A DNA stretch of 64,000 nt. It comes from Candidatus Zhuqueibacterota bacterium. Lineage in GTDB: Bacteria > Zhuqueibacterota > Zhuqueibacteria > Thermofontimicrobiales > Thermofontimicrobiaceae. The DNA is taken from positions 276,246 through 340,245 of the forward strand of contig JBMOPW010000007.1 of NCBI GenBank assembly GCA_049322915.1. Direction: 5' to 3'. The translations under genes and the position numbers were made by a program. Below the pieces are notes generated by a model. It searched no databases. It was not told the origin of the DNA and was given only the letters and a program-made list of their open reading frames with translations. This document shows positions 1 to 9,429 of this stretch, piece by piece (within the stretch, counting starts at the first letter, position 1; every line of letters starts with the position of its first letter).

Positions 1-2
1 TC

Positions 3-2660
3 TTCTGTTTCGACGGTAAAGGGACTCGCAAAATTGTTGAGATGGACAGTCTGAAATGCCATTATGTAACGGATATCAGTCAGCAACCGGATGGGACGCT
101 CTGGTTTGCCACCAATGTCGGACTGGTGCGATACGATACGCGGGGTATGCGGCTGTTCACTGAAAAAGATGGCCTGCCTGATCACTATATTTTCAGCGTT
201 CGTCCCGATTCCGCCGGCCAGGTGTGGATTGCCACCCGAAAAGGATTCAGCATTTACAGCGAAAGCCAGGGCATCCGTAACTTCGATTATTCCAACGGTC
301 TGTCCGATGACAACGTGTATTTCCTTCAGCACGATGGCAGGGGCAATTCATGGATAGGCACTGGCAAAGGAATTGATGTGTTCAGGGATGAAAAAATTGC
401 CAGTTTTACTATGGATCATGGACTGGTTGAAAACGAGACAAATGGCCGCGCCAGCCTGTTGGATTCCAAAGGCCGGCTGTGGTTCGGAACCGTGGAAGGC
501 CTTTCCTGTTATATCGCAGAGCATTATTTCCCGGTCCAGACGCAGCCTTTCGTTCATCTCGAAAAAGTGTGGATAGGCGACAGCCTGTTCGCCGGGGAAT
601 CGGCAGAAAATTTGCGCCACACATCCAATGAACTCACGTTTCAATTTAAAGGATTGTTTTTCAATAAAACTGCGAAAGTAAAATACACGTATCGACTGCT
701 GGGATTTCAGAGTGAGTGGTCCGAATTAACCTCGTATTCACGGACGCATTACACAAATCTATACCCCGGCAGCTACCGCTTCGAAGTGAAAGCCGTGACC
801 AGTACCGGCCTGGAGAGCGCCATGCCGGCTGCTTTTAATTTTGATATTTTGCAGCCATTCTGGAAGAAAATCTGGTTTGTGTTATTGATGATTTTTCTTG
901 GCGGTGTGTTACTTCACTTTTTATACCAATTGCGAGTGATCCAGATGAAGAAAAATCAGGAGCGACTTGAGTCAGAAGTGGCCAGGCGAACCGCCGAACT
1001 GGAAAATCAAAAGTCGCATCTGGAAATGACGCTGAATGAACTTCATCAAACCAAAGACAATCTGGAATCGGCCAATGAGAAATTGAAACAAGCGAACAAG
1101 TTCAAGAGCGAATTTCTGGCGAACATGAGCCACGAGATACGCACTCCTATGAACGGGGTGATTGGATTGACCGAGATTTTGATGGATACACCGCTCACGG
1201 ATCAGCAGCATCAATTTTTAGAAATGGTGAAGAGCAGCTCGGCGCAGCTTCTGACACTTCTCAATGACATCCTGGATTTATCGAAGATCGAAGCCGGCCA
1301 GGTGTTCCTCGAAAAAATCGAGTTCAGCTTGCGGCCAACCGTCGAAAATATTTCGGATGTGGTCATCAAACGGCTCGAAGATAAAAATATCGAGATGAAT
1401 GTGTTCATCCACAGCGATGTGCCAAATTACCTCATCGGCGATCCGGCGCGATTGAAACAGGTGCTGGTGAATCTAGTTGGGAATGCCATTAAATTCACGG
1501 AGAGCGGTGAGATCACGATTCAGGTGGCCCTGGAACTATTTCAGAAAGATGCCGCGATACTGCATTTTTCAGTGAAGGATTCGGGCATTGGAATTCCACC
1601 GGAGCGCCAGACCATGATTTTTGAGGCGTTCACCCAGGCAGACGCCTCGACGTCACGAAAATTTGGCGGCACCGGATTGGGTTTGACCATTTCGCGACAG
1701 TTGGTGAAAATGATGGGCGGTGACATCTGGCTGGATAGCGTGCCCGGGAAGGGAAGCACGTTTCATTTCACCGCGCAATTTTCAGTCCAGGTCGGCAACA
1801 TCGCCAGAGAAGAAGTGCTGCCCACGGACTTGCGTGGCCTGAAAGTCCTGGCCGTGGATGACAACGCCATGAACCGGGTTATCCTGGAAGAAATGCTCAC
1901 GTCATTCAAAGGTCTGCCCCGCATCGCGGAGAGTGGTCGCCAGGCGTTGAGTCTGCTGGATGAAATCGATGATTTTGAGCTGATCATTTCAGATTATTTC
2001 ATGCCTGAAATGGATGGCAGTGATCTGGTGAAAGAAATCCGCAGCCGGGAATCCTATCGACGAACACCGATCATCATGCTGACCTCTGTTGGAAAAAATC
2101 GCTGCCTCAAAGACCTCGAGAAGCTGGGAAATAGCTGGACAATCACCAAGCCGGTGAAAAAAAGTCAGTTGTTCGACGCAATGATGACAGCGCTTGGCGC
2201 GATGTTTCAGACAAAGACCATGAAACTGGAACGAACGAAACCGGAGAGCCTCAGCGAGAAGGTATTGAAGGTCGATAAAAAAGGCCGGATTTTACTGGCC
2301 GAGGATAACCTGGTCAATCAGCAGGTGACGCTGGAGTTTTTGAATCGCGTCGGCATGGTTACAGATATTGCTGAAAATGGAGAAAAGGCCATTGATGCGC
2401 TGAAGCGCCAGGCGTACGATCTGGTTTTGATGGATGTGCAAATGCCTGTGATGGATGGCTTCACCGCCACGCAGAAGATACGCGCGGAACTGGGCATGAC
2501 GCATATTCCCATCATTGCGTTGACAGCGCATGCGATGAAAGGCGACAAAGAGAAATGCTTCGACGCCGGGATGAATGACTATCTTGCCAAACCCATTGAG
2601 CCGAACGAACTGTATCGCGTGCTGCAAAAGTGGCTTGAAAGCAATGCGAATACCAATTAA
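3..2660 (+). CDS. Hybrid sensor histidine kinase (beta-propeller/Y_Y_Y sensor, TM, HisKA, HATPase, two receivers); 5' end outside window
   Basis: Frame is open from base 3 to the ATG at 42. Propeller repeats (GTLWFAT, GQVWIAT, GRLWFGT), Y_Y_Y motif ([15 protein letters not shown]), TM, H-box [16 protein letters not shown] boxes ([17 protein letters not shown]), two REC domains with Asp (IISD, VLMD). Confidence 0.95.
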   Translation, partial: FCFDGKGTRKIVEMDSLKCHYVTDISQQPDGTLWFATNVGLVRYDTRGMRLFTEKDGLPDHYIFSVRPDSAGQVWIATRKGFSIYSESQGIRNFDYSNGLSDDNVYFLQHDGRGNSWIGTGKGIDVFRDEKIASFTMDHGLVENETNGRASLLDSKGRLWFGTVEGLSCYIAEHYFPVQTQPFVHLEKVWIGDSLFAGESAENLRHTSNELTFQFKGLFFNKTAKVKYTYRLLGFQSEWSELTSYSRTHYTNLYPGSYRFEVKAVTSTGLESAMPAAFNFDILQPFWKKIWFVLLMIFLGGVLLHFLYQLRVIQMKKNQERLESEVARRTAELENQKSHLEMTLNELHQTKDNLESANEKLKQANKFKSEFLANMSHEIRTPMNGVIGLTEILMDTPLTDQQHQFLEMVKSSSAQLLTLLNDILDLSKIEAGQVFLEKIEFSLRPTVENISDVVIKRLEDKNIEMNVFIHSDVPNYLIGDPARLKQVLVNLVGNAIKFTESGEITIQVALELFQKDAAILHFSVKDSGIGIPPERQTMIFEAFTQADASTSRKFGGTGLGLTISRQLVKMMGGDIWLDSVPGKGSTFHFTAQFSVQVGNIAREEVLPTDLRGLKVLAVDDNAMNRVILEEMLTSFKGLPRIAESGRQALSLLDEIDDFELIISDYFMPEMDGSDLVKEIRSRESYRRTPIIMLTSVGKNRCLKDLEKLGNSWTITKPVKKSQLFDAMMTALGAMFQTKTMKLERTKPESLSEKVLKVDKKGRILLAEDNLVNQQVTLEFLNRVGMVTDIAENGEKAIDALKRQAYDLVLMDVQMPVMDGFTATQKIRAELGMTHIPIIALTAHAMKGDKEKCFDAGMNDYLAKPIEPNELYRVLQKWLESNANTN

Positions 2661-2711
2661 CCCTACTACGACACATAGATTTTTTATCGTTCAATTTTGT
2701 ATTTTTGATAG

Positions 2712-2872
2712 CCTGCATTATTCATAGTATTTTTAGAGGAGGCTGGCTAACCTGAATGGTGCTCTTTTTGGAATAAACGTATAAAAACTGAGTTTCAAAA
2801 TAGCTTAGCCTTTAGCTAATTGAAAATCTCAATGTTGACTCAAATTCTGAGCAAGTTCATGAATAATTCAGG
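2712..2872. mobile_element. 161-bp MITE copy 1 (CCTG...CAGG ends, 4-bp TSD ATAG)
   Basis: 14-bp terminal inverted repeats CCTGCATTATTCAT / ATGAATAATTCAGG (13/14 match). ATAG direct repeat at 2708-2711 and 2873-2876. Second copy at 7728-7888. Confidence 0.9.
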
Positions 2873-3363
2873 ATAGATGAAAAACTCAACATAGTGTGAT
2901 AAATTTACTAAATGACGTTGTAGGGTTAAGTATTTCTTCGTTTCAGGTGACGGAGCGTCCACCTTTCAAAGTCTGGCGTGAATACCATTTTTTTATCCGC
3001 AAGAAAAGGGTATCCTTTCTTCGAACAGACAGGGGCGCTGTTGCCGGATAATTTCACTCCGGGAGTTACCTTCAAAACACCTTCCTGTAGAAACGCTCTC
3101 CCACCTAACCACTACCTACTCCAATACCCATTGGAAAAGAGCCGTCCGGCGAGATGCTTCCAGGATGCATGATCGCGCTGGATATTTATCCAGTGGGGGT
3201 AATAGATTGGAACGTATGTTCCCGAATAAATGAATTTATCGGGATGAATATCCCGAGCGATCGGTTGCTAGTCTTCGTGTCATGCACTTGACTTGACAGT
3301 TACCTTGTATGAGTCCACTTTGAAAAGGGGCGGAAGCCCAAAAATCAAAGGTAAATTTCTGTT

Positions 3364-3383
3364 CCCCGACTTAAAAGTCGGGG
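3364..3383. repeat. REP-like perfect hairpin CCCCGACT-TAAA-AGTCGGGG
   Basis: Perfect 8-bp stem in an intergenic region. Confidence 0.6.
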
Positions 3384-3392
3384 CTATTCAGG

Positions 3393-3531
3393 GTAGCTGT
3401 TCACAGGTTCCGGGTTCAGCGTTCCCTGTTGGGGTTTTGGATATGGTTGCGTGAAAGTCTTTTTCGCTCAAATAGTCCGTCATCAACTGTACGTTATTAT
3501 AGCCCCGAATAATGTAACTATGAACAGTTAC
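3393..3531. mobile_element. 139-bp MITE-like element with GTA(G/A)CTGTTCA ends and 8-bp TSD TATTCAGG
   Basis: GTAGCTGTTCA (3393-3403) and TGAACAGTTAC (3521-3531) are inverted repeats (10/11). TATTCAGG flanks both sides (3385-3392, 3532-3539). Confidence 0.7.
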
Positions 3532-3734
3532 TATTCAGGTTATCAAACTTTCAAATTCAATAGTCATGTCATTTATAACGCGGAAAAAATATTATACCCA
3601 GCGTCTCAAAGCCTTTTAAGGTTTGTCATTATCAACCCGTGTATAAAATTTAATATATTAAAACTAATGATCTTTGGCCGATGTGCGATACAATACATAG
3701 AGTCATCTAGTCAAAATTAAGTTGGACTGTATTG

Positions 3735-5417
3735 ATGAAAATGTCAATTGATAAACTCGGTAATTTGCTGCTGGAAGAAAATCGAATCAGTCGCAGTCAG
3801 CTCAATCTGGCGCTGGATATTCAGAAACAGACCGGCGAGGATCTGAGCGATGTGCTGATTAAAAAGAACTGGATCACAGAGGAAGCACTGTTCACCCTGA
3901 TCGGCAAATCGCTGAACATTCCCTTCACGCGGCTTTCGACCACGCCGATTGATAAAGCCATCATCGATACCATTCCGCTGTCTATGGCGCGAAAATACAA
4001 AGTTATTCCCATCATCAAAATCGAGAATGAGCTGGTGGTGGCTATGGCCGATCCTCTGAATTTGCCGGCCATTGATGCGATTAAATACTATACCGGCTGC
4101 AAGCTACTCCTTTCCATCGCCCGACCGAAAGAGATCGAGGAGGCGATCAACAGATATTACAGCCTGAAGGATTCCATGACAAAAGTCGTGGAGGACATGA
4201 AGGAGCCGGAGCGCGACCTTCATGAGATCGAAGATGTGAATATCAGTGAGGATTCCGACGAGACGTCTGTGATTAAATTGGTGAATCTCGTCATGTTGCA
4301 GGCGATCCGCGATCGGTCGAGCGATATCCATTTCGAGCCGGACGAAGGTGTGTTCCGAATCCGCTTCCGAACCGATGGCTTGCTTCACGAAGTCTTCACC
4401 CCGCCGAAAAATCTACAGGCTATGATCATTTCCCGAATAAAAATAATGGCGGACATGGATGTCTCTGAGCGACGCATCCCCCAGGATGGGCGATTCAGTC
4501 TGAGAGTGGACGGCAAAGAAATCGATATTCGCGCATCGGTCCTGCCCACGGTGGAGGGCGAAAAAGCAGTGCTGCGCATATTGGACAAAGCGAGTTCCCT
4601 TTTGAAATTGAGCGATATGGGATTCAATCCTGCCATTTTGAAGACATGGGAAGAGGCGATTAAAAAAACCGAGGGGATTTTGCTCATCACCGGGCCCACC
4701 GGCAGCGGTAAATCGACCACGCTGTACGCCGTGCTGAACGCCATTAATTCCAAAGACAAAAACATCGTCACGGTGGAAAATCCGGTGGAGTACCGGCTGC
4801 CGATCATCAACCAGGTGCATGTGAATACAAAAGCCGGCATGACCTTTGCCAACGCGCTGCGCTCCATTCTGCGCCAGGACCCGGATGTCATCATGATCGG
4901 TGAAATCCGCGATCAGGAAACTGCTGAGATTGCGATCCGTTCCGCGCTGACCGGCCACCTCGTTTTTTCCACGCTGCACACCAATGACGCGCCCGGCGCC
5001 ATCGCCCGGTTGATCGACATGGGATTGGAGCCATTCCTTGTAGAATCATCGCTCATTGCGGTACTGGCCCAACGCCTTGTCCGGCGCATTTGTCCCAACT
5101 GCAAGATCGAAATAAAAATCGAAGAAGAAGCATTGAAGAAATTAAAGGCGCCGGATTTCATTGATCTGAGCAAAGTGTACAGGGGCAGTGGTTGCGCCGA
5201 ATGCAACTACTCCGGCTATCGTAAGCGGAGCGCCATCCATGAATTGCTGGTGGCTGACGAGACCATTCGCCGGCAGATTATCACCGGCGCTTCGACCGAT
5301 GATATCCGAAAAAGGGCGCGTGAAAATGGAATGCTGACGCTGAAAGAGGATGGCTTGCTGAAAGTGTCGCAGGGCATTACAACCATCGAGGAAGTCCTCC
5401 GGGTCACGTCGATTTAG
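3735..5417 (+). CDS. pilB: Type IV pilus/T2SS assembly ATPase (PilB/GspE)
   Basis: MshEN-like N-terminus, SDIHFEP, RIPQDGR, Walker A GPTGSGKST, Walker B region LRQDPDVIMIGEIRD, His box TGHLVFSTLHTND, tetracysteine CPNC...CAEC. Confidence 0.95.
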   Translation: MKMSIDKLGNLLLEENRISRSQLNLALDIQKQTGEDLSDVLIKKNWITEEALFTLIGKSLNIPFTRLSTTPIDKAIIDTIPLSMARKYKVIPIIKIENELVVAMADPLNLPAIDAIKYYTGCKLLLSIARPKEIEEAINRYYSLKDSMTKVVEDMKEPERDLHEIEDVNISEDSDETSVIKLVNLVMLQAIRDRSSDIHFEPDEGVFRIRFRTDGLLHEVFTPPKNLQAMIISRIKIMADMDVSERRIPQDGRFSLRVDGKEIDIRASVLPTVEGEKAVLRILDKASSLLKLSDMGFNPAILKTWEEAIKKTEGILLITGPTGSGKSTTLYAVLNAINSKDKNIVTVENPVEYRLPIINQVHVNTKAGMTFANALRSILRQDPDVIMIGEIRDQETAEIAIRSALTGHLVFSTLHTNDAPGAIARLIDMGLEPFLVESSLIAVLAQRLVRRICPNCKIEIKIEEEALKKLKAPDFIDLSKVYRGSGCAECNYSGYRKRSAIHELLVADETIRRQIITGASTDDIRKRARENGMLTLKEDGLLKVSQGITTIEEVLRVTSI

Positions 5418-5453
5418 ACCGGTCGCGTCCGGGGAAGACGGGTGTAACTGAGT

Positions 5454-6665
5454 ATGGAAAAATATTCGTATATCGCCGCCGACGTCAATGGCCGCGAAGT
5501 GAAAGGTGTGGTCGAGGCAAAAACCCGGCAGGATGTGCTGATAAAAATCAAGGACCAGGGACATTTCCCGCTTGAAGTGGCGCTCGTCCGAAACAGGCAG
5601 AGTTCACTCAGCCGCCTGCGGATTTTTCGTCACGTCAGCCAGAAAGAAATTCTCGTCTTTGTCATGCAGCTTTCCACCATAGTAAAAGCCGGCATGTCGC
5701 TGATATTTGGTTTAAATGTCATCATCAATCAGGTCAAAAATAAAGAGTTCAAAAAAATATTGCAGGACATCCGTTCTGAGGTGGCCAAAGGCCGCAACTT
5801 TTCCGATGTCTGCACGCGGTATCCTAAAATATTTCCGACGCTGTTTTCCAATATCATCAAAGCCGGCGAAGAGAGCGGTAAACTGGAACTCGTGCTGGAT
5901 CGCTATGCTGCCTATGTGAAGAACAATCAAAAAATTCAGGCCGAGGTAAAAGGCGCGCTGGCGTATCCTGCCATTCTGATGGTTCTCAGCGTCGTCGTGA
6001 TGGTGTTTCTCACGACGTTCATTGTGCCGAAATTCGCTGAAATTTTAAAATCATCAGGAACCGAATTGCCGACAACGACCCGATTGCTACTGGATTTCAG
6101 CGCGTTCATGCAGGCAAATATTCTCTATGTTGTGGTTGGCCTGGCGGCGCTCTTTGTGGCCATCGTCAAATACGTGCATACCAACTCCGGCAGTTATTAC
6201 TTCGATGTCCTGAAATTAAAAATTCCTGTTCTGGGTGAATTGATTTATAAGACAACCGTGTCGCGGTTCGTGAGAACAATGGGGACGTTGTTGTCCAGCG
6301 GGATCCCGTTTTTAAAGAATTTGAAATTAGCGACAGATGTGTTAAATAACAAAGCTATGGCTAATAAATTTGAGAAGATGTACGATAATATTGCTATGGG
6401 TGAAAAAATCGGTGAGCAATTCGACCGCACTAAGTTGTTTTCACCCATGGTGATACAGTTGATCACCATCGGCGAAAACTCCGGCACCCTGGATAAGATG
6501 TTCGATGAAATATCGGAGATATACGATCGCGAGATAGAGAGCAGCGTGAAGAATCTCACCACATCGTTGGAGCCTATCGTGCTGATCATTGTGGCGACCG
6601 GGATTGGCTTTATTGCCGTGTCGTTAATTTCTGCCGTCATGAAAGCTGTGAGCAGCTTCAAATAG
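5454..6665 (+). CDS. pilC: Type IV pilus/T2SS inner-membrane platform protein (PilC/GspF)
   Basis: Two T2SSF repeats (AGEESGKL, IGENSGTL), ALAYP, LEP motif, three TM segments. Confidence 0.95.
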   Translation: MEKYSYIAADVNGREVKGVVEAKTRQDVLIKIKDQGHFPLEVALVRNRQSSLSRLRIFRHVSQKEILVFVMQLSTIVKAGMSLIFGLNVIINQVKNKEFKKILQDIRSEVAKGRNFSDVCTRYPKIFPTLFSNIIKAGEESGKLELVLDRYAAYVKNNQKIQAEVKGALAYPAILMVLSVVVMVFLTTFIVPKFAEILKSSGTELPTTTRLLLDFSAFMQANILYVVVGLAALFVAIVKYVHTNSGSYYFDVLKLKIPVLGELIYKTTVSRFVRTMGTLLSSGIPFLKNLKLATDVLNNKAMANKFEKMYDNIAMGEKIGEQFDRTKLFSPMVIQLITIGENSGTLDKMFDEISEIYDREIESSVKNLTTSLEPIVLIIVATGIGFIAVSLISAVMKAVSSFK

Positions 6666-6848
6666 AGAACAAGGCCTTCCTGTGGATTTCCAATGGCAAT
6701 GAGGCGCGGCAGGATGCCCGAAGTTTCAATGCATAGTCAGATTCCGGCAGAATGGTTGTGGCCTTGTCTCTCAAGCGATCGAGGTTTTGAACCGGTATCG
6801 TTTTTTAATTAACCACTTTTTCATTCACCAAATTAAGGAGTAACGACA

Positions 6849-7400
6849 ATGAGAAGACGATTTTTCAGAAGTGAAAAAGGTTTTTCATTGGTTGAACTGT
6901 TGATAGTCATTGGGATTATCGGAATCCTGGCGACCATTGTGATTATGAACATGAGAGGCTCAGAGACAGGGGCCAAAGAGACAAAGCTCAAGGCCAACCT
7001 GAATATTCTGAGACAGGCGCTGGTTGCTTATCACTCGGATCACGGTTTTTTTCCGTGCACCACGAATGATCATAACAGCAGTGGCAGTGAATTCACGTTT
7101 GTGCATCAGTTGACCTGGTATACCAATGCTGAAGGAAAACCCTCGCAGACAAAAGATGAGGAATATCGCTTCGGGCCGTACATTCAGGAATTCCCGGCCA
7201 ACCCATTCTTTGAAGGCGCGGATACAGATGTCGCAACCAAAGTGCAAATTGATGTCAAAGGCGAAGACATTCTGGAGGCCTTGAAAAAGAAAGTGGCCAG
7301 CGGAAACGGCAAGTCTGGCTGGTATTTTCAGGCAAGGAGCGGCAACGTCGTAGCAAATCTCGGCAGTGATGAATTCTCCGATAAATATGTCTACTTTTAA
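6849..7400 (+). CDS. Major pilin/pseudopilin (PilA/GspG-like)
   Basis: Class III signal peptide KG|FSLVELLIVIGIIGILA, GPYIQEFPANPF motif, strong RBS TAAGGAG. Confidence 0.9.
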   Translation: MRRRFFRSEKGFSLVELLIVIGIIGILATIVIMNMRGSETGAKETKLKANLNILRQALVAYHSDHGFFPCTTNDHNSSGSEFTFVHQLTWYTNAEGKPSQTKDEEYRFGPYIQEFPANPFFEGADTDVATKVQIDVKGEDILEALKKKVASGNGKSGWYFQARSGNVVANLGSDEFSDKYVYF

Positions 7401-7434
7401 TATGAGCAAAAAAGTTTGACACTACGAACGAAGT

Positions 7435-7524
7435 CAAAATCGGGAATAGTCCAATTTGGGTATTTCACCTTCAGTGAAAAGAGAGTCATCATTTCAAGTA
7501 CCATCATTGCTATTCCCGATTTTG
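7435..7524. repeat. Perfect 15-bp inverted repeat with 60-bp spacer, downstream of the pilin gene
   Basis: CAAAATCGGGAATAG (7435-7449) / CTATTCCCGATTTTG (7510-7524). Confidence 0.7.
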
Positions 7525-7727
7525 CTATTTGGAGTATCTGCTCAGGTTCCAGGTTTCAAGGATTCTGGTTCCGGGTTAATAATAATTTTCGTCGCTATTC
7601 AGGCAGGTAGTCTTGCCACGAAGTCGCCAAACTACAAGGCTACACGAAGATACCATTTTATTCATTCATATTTTGTGAGATTCAATTTTTTTAAATGAAG
7701 TACAGCTTTTCTGAATCGATAATTTAG

Positions 7728-7888
7728 CCTGCATTATTCATAGTATTTTTAAAGGAGGCTGGCTAACTTGAATGGTGCTCTTATTAGAATAAACGTACAA
7801 AAACCGAGTTTCAAAATAGCTTAGCCTTTAGCGAATTGAAAATCTGAATGTCGACTCAAATTCTGACCAAGTTCGTGAATGATTCAGG
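7728..7888. mobile_element. 161-bp MITE copy 2 (4-bp TSD TTAG)
   Basis: Colinear with 2712-2872 (about 12 substitutions by hand count, no indels). TTAG at 7724-7727 and 7889-7892. Confidence 0.9.
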
Positions 7889-8024
7889 TTAGATATATTT
7901 TTTTCTTCGTGCCTTTGAGGCTTTGTGGCTCGCCAGTTACGAATATTCATTTAAAAATATTCATAATGAAATGATTCTAACCTTGAACCCTGAACCAGCC
8001 AACCTGAGTAGTTGCTATCTGGAT

Positions 8025-8453
8025 ATGATAAGACAATATTTAAATAATTCGCGCCGGTTCAGCCATCATCAGGGAGCGATAGCGATCCGGCAAAGCGAGG
8101 CCGGATTTACGCTGGTTGAGGTGCTGGTGACCCTGGTCGTATTCGGGGTGCTGGCCGCGTCTGTCCTGTCGCTGTTCAAAGAGAGCTCCGTGAAACAGCG
8201 GCATGTTATGCACAAAGTGGTGGCCCTGAATTTTGCTCAGGCAGGGATGGAGGGAGTGTTCGCCGATAAATTTTCGCTGGGATTCGATGCGCTGAAAACG
8301 AATCGCTACACGACAGACAGATTCAATGGAGTGATGCGCGTGATTCACATCGATTCGCTGAGTCAGAACATGAAGAAAGTATGCGTCATGGTGGAATGGT
8401 TCGATCAGCGGGACAGCCTTGTGGCGTTAGTCGGGAGATATCAGGGTATATGA
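8025..8453 (+). CDS. Minor pilin (PilV/GspI-like)
   Basis: AG|FTLVEVLVTLVVFGVLA prepilin motif. Start placed at ATG 8025 because the upstream ORF extension lies in repeat DNA. Confidence 0.85.
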   Translation: MIRQYLNNSRRFSHHQGAIAIRQSEAGFTLVEVLVTLVVFGVLAASVLSLFKESSVKQRHVMHKVVALNFAQAGMEGVFADKFSLGFDALKTNRYTTDRFNGVMRVIHIDSLSQNMKKVCVMVEWFDQRDSLVALVGRYQGI

Positions 8454-8944
8454 AAAAGGCACGTGATCAGCGCGGTGTAACGCTCATCGAATTGCTCATC
8501 GCAGTGGCGCTCTTCGGAATCATATCGGTGGCCCTGGTTCAGTTATACCAGTCAGCGATGATGAACTGGGCCAGAACGACGTCGCAAGCGCAGTTGGCAG
8601 AAAATATCCTACGCCTGTCGCAATCCCTGAACGCCGACGTCCACGAGGCCAGTCGCTTCGTGCAGGTGGAAAAGAACGTCCTTGTGCTCGCGCGCGGAAG
8701 CGACCGCATCCGGTATTCTGTTGAGAACACGAAACAGGGGTTACAGATTGTCCGGGAAGTGCGAATGGAGGACTCGAAGTGGCGCCGGGAGCCCGGCTAT
8801 CCCGTGGCAGATTTTCAAACCGATCGTCAGGGCGGTGCGCCCGTTGTTCAATGGCAAAAGAGAGCTGCGCACTGTATCGATGTGGAGGTTTCCCAACCCG
8901 GTTTCCGATTTCAAACCACGATCACGAAAAGAAGCGCGCTGTGA
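8450..8944 (+). CDS. Minor pilin (PilW/GspJ-like)
   Basis: RG|VTLIELLIAVALFGII motif. ATGA overlap with the previous stop. Confidence 0.85.
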   Translation: MKKARDQRGVTLIELLIAVALFGIISVALVQLYQSAMMNWARTTSQAQLAENILRLSQSLNADVHEASRFVQVEKNVLVLARGSDRIRYSVENTKQGLQIVREVRMEDSKWRREPGYPVADFQTDRQGGAPVVQWQKRAAHCIDVEVSQPGFRFQTTITKRSAL

Positions 8945-9414
8945 ATCGAAGAATATTACCTGATAAAAAACAGGATCAACGCGGCGGGATATTAATACTC
9001 ACACTGATCCTCATGTCACTTTTAATGGTCTTTGGGATTTCCCTCGTCTCGATTTTGTCAGGCGAATATCGCCTGGCTTCTTCTGTGGAAGGTTCCATGA
9101 AAGCGTTCTACCTGGCGCAATCCGGCATCGACCGGGCGATTGTGAATTATCTGGCGCTGGACGAAAATGGCGCCTGGACAGATGATCAGAATCAGGAGTT
9201 GATTGTGAATGAAGAATTTGGCGATGGCCGCTACAGTGTTGTCTCGAAACAAGGACTGGAAAATGTGATAATTCTGAAAGCAGTGGGACGCTTTCGCGCC
9301 GTTGAAAAAACGGTGGAAGTGCTGGTTCATATCGATCGAACGAAGCAGCCTGCCGCCATCTCAATTTTAAAATGGCGCGAGCAGAAAACAGATTCACTCA
9401 CTATTGTTCCATAA
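8941..9414 (+). CDS. Minor pilin (PilX/GspK-like, lacks Glu5)
   Basis: RG|GILILTLILM and KAFYLAQSGI motifs typical of PilX. GTGA overlap with the previous stop. Confidence 0.8.
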   Translation: MNRRILPDKKQDQRGGILILTLILMSLLMVFGISLVSILSGEYRLASSVEGSMKAFYLAQSGIDRAIVNYLALDENGAWTDDQNQELIVNEEFGDGRYSVVSKQGLENVIILKAVGRFRAVEKTVEVLVHIDRTKQPAAISILKWREQKTDSLTIVP

Positions 9415-9429
9415 ACCGGTGGGATTTGA

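Noticed and set aside
2978..3720. Short ORFs 2978-3172 and 3451-3720
   Set aside because: They lie in a repeat-rich spacer (the second overlaps a MITE), lack an RBS and show no protein-like motifs.
6665..6770. Inverted repeat GAGAACAAGGCC / GGCCTTGTCTC between pilC and the pilin gene
   Set aside because: Short and imperfect with a long spacer and no target duplication; may be chance.
2712..7888. Composite transposon carrying pilB-pilC-pilin
   Set aside because: Each MITE has its own TSD (ATAG versus TTAG) and the outer flanks differ, indicating separate insertions; no transposase is present.
7923..8024. N-terminal extension of the first minor pilin ORF
   Set aside because: It runs through inverted-repeat DNA; a start nearer the prepilin motif is more plausible.
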